The position numbers and the translations under genes are program-made. 64,000 nucleotides of DNA from an uncultured virus (IMG/VR IMGVR_UViG_3300045993_000394). Its lineage: Duplodnaviria; Heunggongvirae; Uroviricota; Caudoviricetes. The notes beneath the pieces were generated by a model, which did no database searches, had not been told where the DNA came from, and was given only the letters and a program-made list of their open reading frames with translations. Below are positions 59,557 through 64,000 of the stretch, in pieces (position 1 is the stretch's first letter; every line of letters starts with the position of its first letter). The stretch is taken from IMG/VR virus record IMGVR_UViG_3300045993_000394. The stretch is one strand, 5' to 3'.

Positions 59557-59928
59557 CTACTTAGATGATTTAGACGATTTGCTTGAGGAATTAGACTCTT
59601 TGACTCGCTGTTCCGCTGCTTCCTTGTTGAACCGGCCAACCGTGAAGACTGTCACGTTCTTCACGTTGGTCACCTTGGCAAGCTGTTCCTCTGTCAGGAA
59701 CTTCTCAACCTTGGTCTTGTCCAACGTGGCGCGTTCCTGGTCGTAGAAGTAAGCAACTGCATAGGCAGTCTCGGGGTCGCCGCCAAGCTCTTCAGAGATA
59801 GCCTTGGTGCCCATTTCATTCAGCTTCTTCTTCAATTCGTCAGCAACTTCGGCCTTCTCGGTTTCCAACTTCTTGATGTCGCGATTGAACTGCAAGTACT
59901 GCTCCATCATGTCTTTGATATTCGCCAT
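59557..59928 (-). CDS. Coiled-coil hypothetical phage protein
   Basis: 123 aa; GGAG RBS; N-terminal heptads. Confidence 0.6.
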   Translation of the reverse strand: MANIKDMMEQYLQFNRDIKKLETEKAEVADELKKKLNEMGTKAISEELGGDPETAYAVAYFYDQERATLDKTKVEKFLTEEQLAKVTNVKNVTVFTVGRFNKEAAEQRVKESNSSSKSSKSSK

Positions 59929-59931
59929 TGT

Positions 59932-60447
59932 TCACTCCATGAACGGTACGATGATCGACATAGCGTCTTCTTCAATGCAACTAACTACGGCTAATACGCA
60001 CGCCTTGATAACTGAATCTGTGTTCAGTATGCCTGTACTATCTGGGTCGTCAACATACGTCTGATGATAGCTATTGATTGTACACAGTAGCTTTCCTGCA
60101 TGGTCGTTACTGCGGACAACCAGAAAATCTGTAAAATCTGTTGAAATTCTAAGCATGTCCTTCACTGCTTCAGCCTTAATATGCTTTACATCAAAATTGG
60201 ATGCAAACTCTTCAAGATAATTAAGCATGCACTCTGCCGTGGCAGCTTCAAGCGCTATTCGCAATGACTCATTGTTAGTCTTTGAAATGTCATCTCTAGA
60301 CATCTTAATGCGCGCAATTGGCTTGTGGCAGCACTCAACGAGTAGAATGTTTCCGTCTAGACTGCCCGCTATGAAGTGACGGCTTCTGATGTACATGGCA
60401 TGTCCAAATACGACTGTGCCCGGTTGACATAAAGTCCAACCGGGCAC
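59932..60447 (-). CDS. Hypothetical protein
   Basis: 171 aa ORF. Confidence 0.55.
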   Translation of the reverse strand: MPGWTLCQPGTVVFGHAMYIRSRHFIAGSLDGNILLVECCHKPIARIKMSRDDISKTNNESLRIALEAATAECMLNYLEEFASNFDVKHIKAEAVKDMLRISTDFTDFLVVRSNDHAGKLLCTINSYHQTYVDDPDSTGILNTDSVIKACVLAVVSCIEEDAMSIIVPFME

Positions 60448-60465
60448 TTTGCCGTAGAAGTGAGT

Positions 60466-61410
60466 TTACTTCTTGGCTTCAACTGCAGCAGCAGACTTCT
60501 TGCCCTTGTGCTTAAGGCAAAGCTTTACCTGAAATAGGTCCGCCATATGTACGCCAGACCGCTTGTCATGGCACCCATCGAATGTGCACTTGATGGTAGC
60601 GACAGTCTTGCTTTCGTGCTCAGCGTCCTTGGCGAATGAGCCGTGCACAACCCAAGGATACTTGGTTTCGATCTCCTTCTGCAGAGCCTTGTCTTGCCAC
60701 ACTGGCGTCTTTGCCTTCTTAGCTGGCTTCACCTTTACTTCTTTTGCAGCCTTCGGCTCGACGGTCTTGGTTTCGGTCTTCAGATCGGACACGCTGACAA
60801 CGATTTTCTTAGCCACGGTATTCTCCTCGGGAGTTACGGTCACAGGTTTTGTTGGTTGTTTATTTAATGATTCAATTCTTGAGTCTTGCAATTCAATTAA
60901 CGTTTTGCGTTTATATCCGACTGTGTGCGTCTTGGTTGAGCCATAGACGTCTGAGAACAGTTTATGGATTTCAGAATCTGTCGCGTCTCTAAGTTTGATG
61001 TCGTCTACGATTTCCGGTTTCTTCGGTTTAGGTATGGCATATCCCCTTAGCATCGCTTTCGTTTCTTCAGACATCGGTTCTTTCTTCGTTTTGATCTTTC
61101 CCTTGGACCATAGGTAGTAATATAAGTTCTCAGCTTTTCTGTATGCCTTAAGTATTGCGTCTGTGAAATCATTTCCATTCATGGTACTGGCAAGCTTTAG
61201 CTGTTTGATGATGTTACCACCGCTGGTTGCATCAAGCGGATCGGCATCATCAAGCAATTCGCATTCTGCGTTCTCAAGTAACCACAGGTTGATCATTGCC
61301 CGATGAATTGATACGTCTGTGATATCGAGCGTGTTTACGTCTAGCCCCATCCCATGCATGATAATGTTTGCTGTGTCAGATCGCTTGACATCAAAATCAA
61401 TCTTTCCCAC
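60466..61410 (-). CDS. Hypothetical protein with Lys-rich linker and CCCH finger; probable internal start at 60816
   Basis: GGAGG RBS before 61410; second GAGGAG RBS before an in-frame GTG at 60816. Confidence 0.6.
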   Translation of the reverse strand: MGKIDFDVKRSDTANIIMHGMGLDVNTLDITDVSIHRAMINLWLLENAECELLDDADPLDATSGGNIIKQLKLASTMNGNDFTDAILKAYRKAENLYYYLWSKGKIKTKKEPMSEETKAMLRGYAIPKPKKPEIVDDIKLRDATDSEIHKLFSDVYGSTKTHTVGYKRKTLIELQDSRIESLNKQPTKPVTVTPEENTVAKKIVVSVSDLKTETKTVEPKAAKEVKVKPAKKAKTPVWQDKALQKEIETKYPWVVHGSFAKDAEHESKTVATIKCTFDGCHDKRSGVHMADLFQVKLCLKHKGKKSAAAVEAKK

Positions 61411-61418
61411 TGTACCTC

Positions 61419-61616
61419 CTACTTGTTGTCTCTAAGTATCACTGTGTGGGCGTATATCAGCGCGCTTGATTTATCGCAGTCTTCATCTACATGTAGCATG
61501 CTGTCTTTATTCACCCATACCCAACCCCACTCAGTGAAGTACGCGGAATTGCACACGTCACAAAGTAAATACTTATAGTGATTTTTGCCCATTGTACTAG
61601 TCTGGTGCTTTTTCAT
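61419..61616 (-). CDS. Small H-CxxC-DC Zn-finger protein (paralog family)
   Basis: MKKH...CDVC...W...VDEDC. Confidence 0.55.
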   Translation of the reverse strand: MKKHQTSTMGKNHYKYLLCDVCNSAYFTEWGWVWVNKDSMLHVDEDCDKSSALIYAHTVILRDNK

Positions 61617-61842
61617 TGTCTTTGTCTCTGTATAAGACAACAACACGGCCAGACTTTTCAATGCGATGAATCTTAGTTTCGTGTTTTATGAATACGAATT
61701 CTTTCATGTCTACTATATTATGTAGTGCCGTGTATAGATCGTTGCTTACTACTTTACCAATAATTAAGCTCTGTCTACTTCTTGATGTAATAAAGGCTAC
61801 TGTGTCGCCATTCTTGATTTCAGTGCCGTTCGCGTCTAGCAA
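61597..61842 (-). CDS. Small SH3/KOW-like hypothetical protein
   Basis: DANGTEIKNGDTVAF motif; GAGG RBS. Confidence 0.55.
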   Translation of the reverse strand: MLDANGTEIKNGDTVAFITSRSRQSLIIGKVVSNDLYTALHNIVDMKEFVFIKHETKIHRIEKSGRVVVLYRDKDNEKAPD

Positions 61843-61851
61843 ATTTACCTC

Positions 61852-62052
61852 CTAGTCAAGCCACGGTGCAGAGTTTTTTACTTTTACGAATTCTTGTACC
61901 TCAAGACAGTCTGAACTCACACGAACAAATCTTGTTCCGCTACGTGCTACCCAATTCCATACTTCTTTTGAAGTGAATTTGTTTGAATAAAAGACTGCGC
62001 CGCACCGCCTGCATTTACCACTGAAGTGGTCAATTTCATGATGTATTTTCAT
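61852..62052 (-). CDS. Small H-CxxC-DC Zn-finger protein (paralog family)
   Basis: MKIH...KCRRCGA...FVRVSSDC. Confidence 0.6.
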   Translation of the reverse strand: MKIHHEIDHFSGKCRRCGAVFYSNKFTSKEVWNWVARSGTRFVRVSSDCLEVQEFVKVKNSAPWLD

Positions 62053-62243
62053 GTTAGTTGTCTGTTGGCGAATTTAAGTACTGCTATCTGTTTTTTAGCT
62101 TCGTCGCAGTCTTGAGACACTCGAACGTATTCTTCGCCGCACACAAAGTCTGCATACCACGGGCTTCTGCTAGATGATCTGGCGCCGCATTCTGTGCACT
62201 TATTAAAAGACCTAAAATCTTGTTCCCAAGAATGTAGTTTCAT
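62049..62243 (-). CDS. Small H-CxxC-DC Zn-finger protein (paralog family)
   Basis: MKLH...KCTECGA...YVRVSQDC. Confidence 0.6.
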   Translation of the reverse strand: MKLHSWEQDFRSFNKCTECGARSSSRSPWYADFVCGEEYVRVSQDCDEAKKQIAVLKFANRQLT

Positions 62244-62279
62244 ATATTGTCATGCGTTCGTGAACGTTCGTGACCTTAA

Positions 62280-62314
62280 TACGACTGTGGCGGCCAGTGG
62301 CCGCCACAGTCATA
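62280..62314 (-). terminator. GC-rich intergenic hairpin
   Basis: GACTGTGGCGGCC-agt-GGCCGCCACAGTC, extendable by a G-U pair on the minus-strand RNA. Confidence 0.55.
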
Positions 62315-62334
62315 CGAGTTCGATGTTTGGCTAT

Positions 62335-62598
62335 TTATTGTGTGAATCTGTGAAAATCGCAGAACTTTGTGTGCCAGCATTCACAGGTCGAAACGCCAGA
62401 CCGTACGCTCTTGCAACCGGGCTCTGCGCACCTGACGGTCACGACGGACTTGGTATTGGATTCAGGATCGCGTGCCCACGTGCCGTGTATAATGTGGGTG
62501 TATTTCATTTCGTACTTCGCCTGGGCCACTGCGTCTTTCCAGATGGGGCTATGCACGGTGCTCTCCTTGGTTAGGCTTGGTGCTGTTTGGTAGTGCAA
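62335..62598 (-). CDS. Stand-alone CCCH finger protein
   Basis: KYTHIIHGT...CAEPGC...RSGV...KFCDFH; similar to the C-terminus of 60466..61410; start uncertain. Confidence 0.6.
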   Translation of the reverse strand: MHYQTAPSLTKESTVHSPIWKDAVAQAKYEMKYTHIIHGTWARDPESNTKSVVTVRCAEPGCKSVRSGVSTCECWHTKFCDFHRFTQ

Positions 62599-62633
62599 TG
62601 CCTAACAAATGCATGTGTTGTGCCACCGACTAC

Positions 62634-62664
62634 AGCCCCCCACGCCTACATAGGCGTGGGGGCT
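62634..62664 (-). terminator. GC-rich hairpin following the orphan gene end
   Basis: CCCCCACGCCT-acat-AGGCGTGGGGG. Confidence 0.55.
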
Positions 62665-62672
62665 TGTTCATG

Positions 62673-62768
62673 CTACCGAATATTTACGGCACGACCAAAG
62701 CTTGGTTCGTACTTCGTATCTTCTGTGATGATCCAACAGACGTCGCAGTGCGGGTGTAGCTCCATGGG
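62673..62768 (-). pseudogene. Orphan diverged duplicate of the last about 31 codons of the upstream vWA/metallopeptidase gene
   Basis: PMELHPHCDVCWIITEDTKYEPSFGRAVNIR* versus PMDLHPHCDVVWLATEETDYKPSFGRLIKLR*. Confidence 0.85.
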
Positions 62769-62773
62769 CCAGA

Positions 62774-64000
62774 TTATCGCAATTTAATTAGTCGCCCAAA
62801 TGATGGCTTGTAGTCTGTTTCCTCTGTTGCCAGCCAGACCACATCACAGTGTGGATGTAAGTCCATTGGCATAACATTGACACACATATCACTTACTATG
62901 CAAATAACATCCCAAGGGCCACCTAGCTTCGTCGGCAGTTCCTTGAAGAACTGCTCGAACACCGTGCCTCCACGTCCCGGTGCGTTGGTACGCTTCAGGT
63001 CTTCCATTCCGCGTACCTTGGTCATCTTATCCCAGTACGGTACGCCGTCGCACGGGACGATAAACCCGTCGCAGTCGTGGGCGACCAGCCTCAGTTCTGA
63101 GATGCCGCGTGCCATGGCAGCGTCCGAGTGCGAGCCCGACGTGTCCAGCAGCGCCACCCACTTCGGCTTAAATTCGAAGTACTTCGGCCACCACTGTTGC
63201 GGCTGCACACCAAACCCACGCCGCCGGAACCGCGTGTAGTTCTTGATGTTGCCCTGGCTTGATGCCCTGCGCTGCAGCGATGCTTTGATGATGTCTGCTG
63301 CCCGCAGCGTGGGTTCAGTCAGTTCCTTGATGATGTTCTCGATGCCAGCAGGCAGCAGTCCGCGTCCCATCGACCGGGCGGTGGCTGCCGCCTTGATGAC
63401 GTCATGCTGCTGTTCTTCGCGTGACAGGACTGACGTCATGTGCTTGTCCATGCCGTCCAGTATGCCGCCGCATGTGCACCCGCCACCGCTGCCTTGTCCC
63501 GAGCCAGACGGAGTACCGCCCTTGCTTTTGCCGCCCTTGCCTGGGGTCTTGCCGCCACCCTGCTGTGACCCTGCTCCGCCGCCGCCGGGTGAATTACCGG
63601 ACTGTGATTGACAGCATGGTCCGTTGCCATGAACCGGGCACTGCGACTGTCTCTTGGCCTGCAGCAGTTCTTCGTAGATGTATTCAGCCGTCTTGTTGGC
63701 GATAGTCAGGTCTACGAAGATGAAGTTCTTGTCTGGTGGTGGTTGCGGTGCCTGTCCTGTCCAGATGTCTTTGACATCTTGCAGCGACATAGGGGTACCC
63801 AGTACACCGTTGAACACTTTGGCTGCTTCGCTGTGAATTGTCTGTCCATGCGATAGCAGCATTGAGTCACCACGGCGCGACATCAGGATGACCGTATTGA
63901 CAACAAAGTCTACGGCCAAGTTCCAGATTTTGGCGTCCTTGTCGCCTACACGCTGCGGGTCGGTGTGATAGAACACGTTGTGCCAGATTTCATGCTCCAC
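62774..64000 (-). CDS. DUF2201-type metallopeptidase plus vWA-like domain protein (5' partial)
   Basis: HEIWH zincin motif, WNLAVDFVVN, Gly/Ser linker, LDTSGS MIDAS, GRGGTVF. Confidence 0.85.
   Translation of the reverse strand: MEHEIWHNVFYHTDPQRVGDKDAKIWNLAVDFVVNTVILMSRRGDSMLLSHGQTIHSEAAKVFNGVLGTPMSLQDVKDIWTGQAPQPPPDKNFIFVDLTIANKTAEYIYEELLQAKRQSQCPVHGNGPCCQSQSGNSPGGGGAGSQQGGGKTPGKGGKSKGGTPSGSGQGSGGGCTCGGILDGMDKHMTSVLSREEQQHDVIKAAATARSMGRGLLPAGIENIIKELTEPTLRAADIIKASLQRRASSQGNIKNYTRFRRRGFGVQPQQWWPKYFEFKPKWVALLDTSGSHSDAAMARGISELRLVAHDCDGFIVPCDGVPYWDKMTKVRGMEDLKRTNAPGRGGTVFEQFFKELPTKLGGPWDVICIVSDMCVNVMPMDLHPHCDVVWLATEETDYKPSFGRLIKLR

Noticed and set aside
62255..62273. LexA/SOS box (CGTTCGTGAACGTTCGTGA)
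   Set aside because: Spacing fits neither GAAC-N4-GTTC nor GTTC-N7-GTTC; it is just a short direct repeat
62277..62294. T7 promoter (TAATACGACT...)
   Set aside because: Only the first 9-10 nt match, CACTATAG is absent, it points against local transcription, and no single-subunit RNAP is seen
62673..62866. Diversity-generating retroelement TR/VR pair
   Set aside because: Differences are largely synonymous and involve all bases rather than only adenines; no reverse transcriptase is in the window
1..64000. CRISPR array, tRNA or rRNA genes, integrase
   Set aside because: Intergenic gaps are short and by eye show no spaced repeats or cloverleaf structures; a dedicated scan could still find something missed

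Overview
A 64-kb slice of a large tailed dsDNA phage with a contractile (myovirus-type) tail; the host cannot be assigned from this window. Positions 1-20151 (+) hold the end of a probable tape-measure gene, baseplate genes, an Ig-like repeat protein, a holin-like protein, a beta-helix tail fibre and an amidase endolysin. Positions 20289-64000 are almost all on the minus strand and carry replication, recombination and nucleotide metabolism genes: SbcC/SbcD, ThyX, DnaE, dUTPase, nucleoside deoxyribosyltransferase-like protein, adenylate kinase, dCMP deaminase, DnaG-DnaB fusion, WYL protein, SF2 helicase, Holliday resolvase, RecA with intein, SSB-like protein and class II RNR with a Gln-ending intein. 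There are also two divergent sigma-like factors, a GHKL ATPase, an HNH nuclease, many small Zn-finger proteins and a vWA/metallopeptidase. The most notable signal is an adenylosuccinate-synthetase homologue with PurZ/PurZ0 signature residues (2-aminoadenine, Z-base pathway). It lies between the RNR and a nuclease/Mom-like GNAT fusion, and the only polymerase seen is DnaE rather than a family-A DpoZ. Other oddities are an orphan diverged copy of a gene 3' end, a probable ATC start codon, an NrdR box, a Cys-less thioredoxin fold, a lone opposite-strand HTH gene with an ori-like tail, and a recurring CCCH domain. All calls come from reading motifs by eye; no database searches were run.
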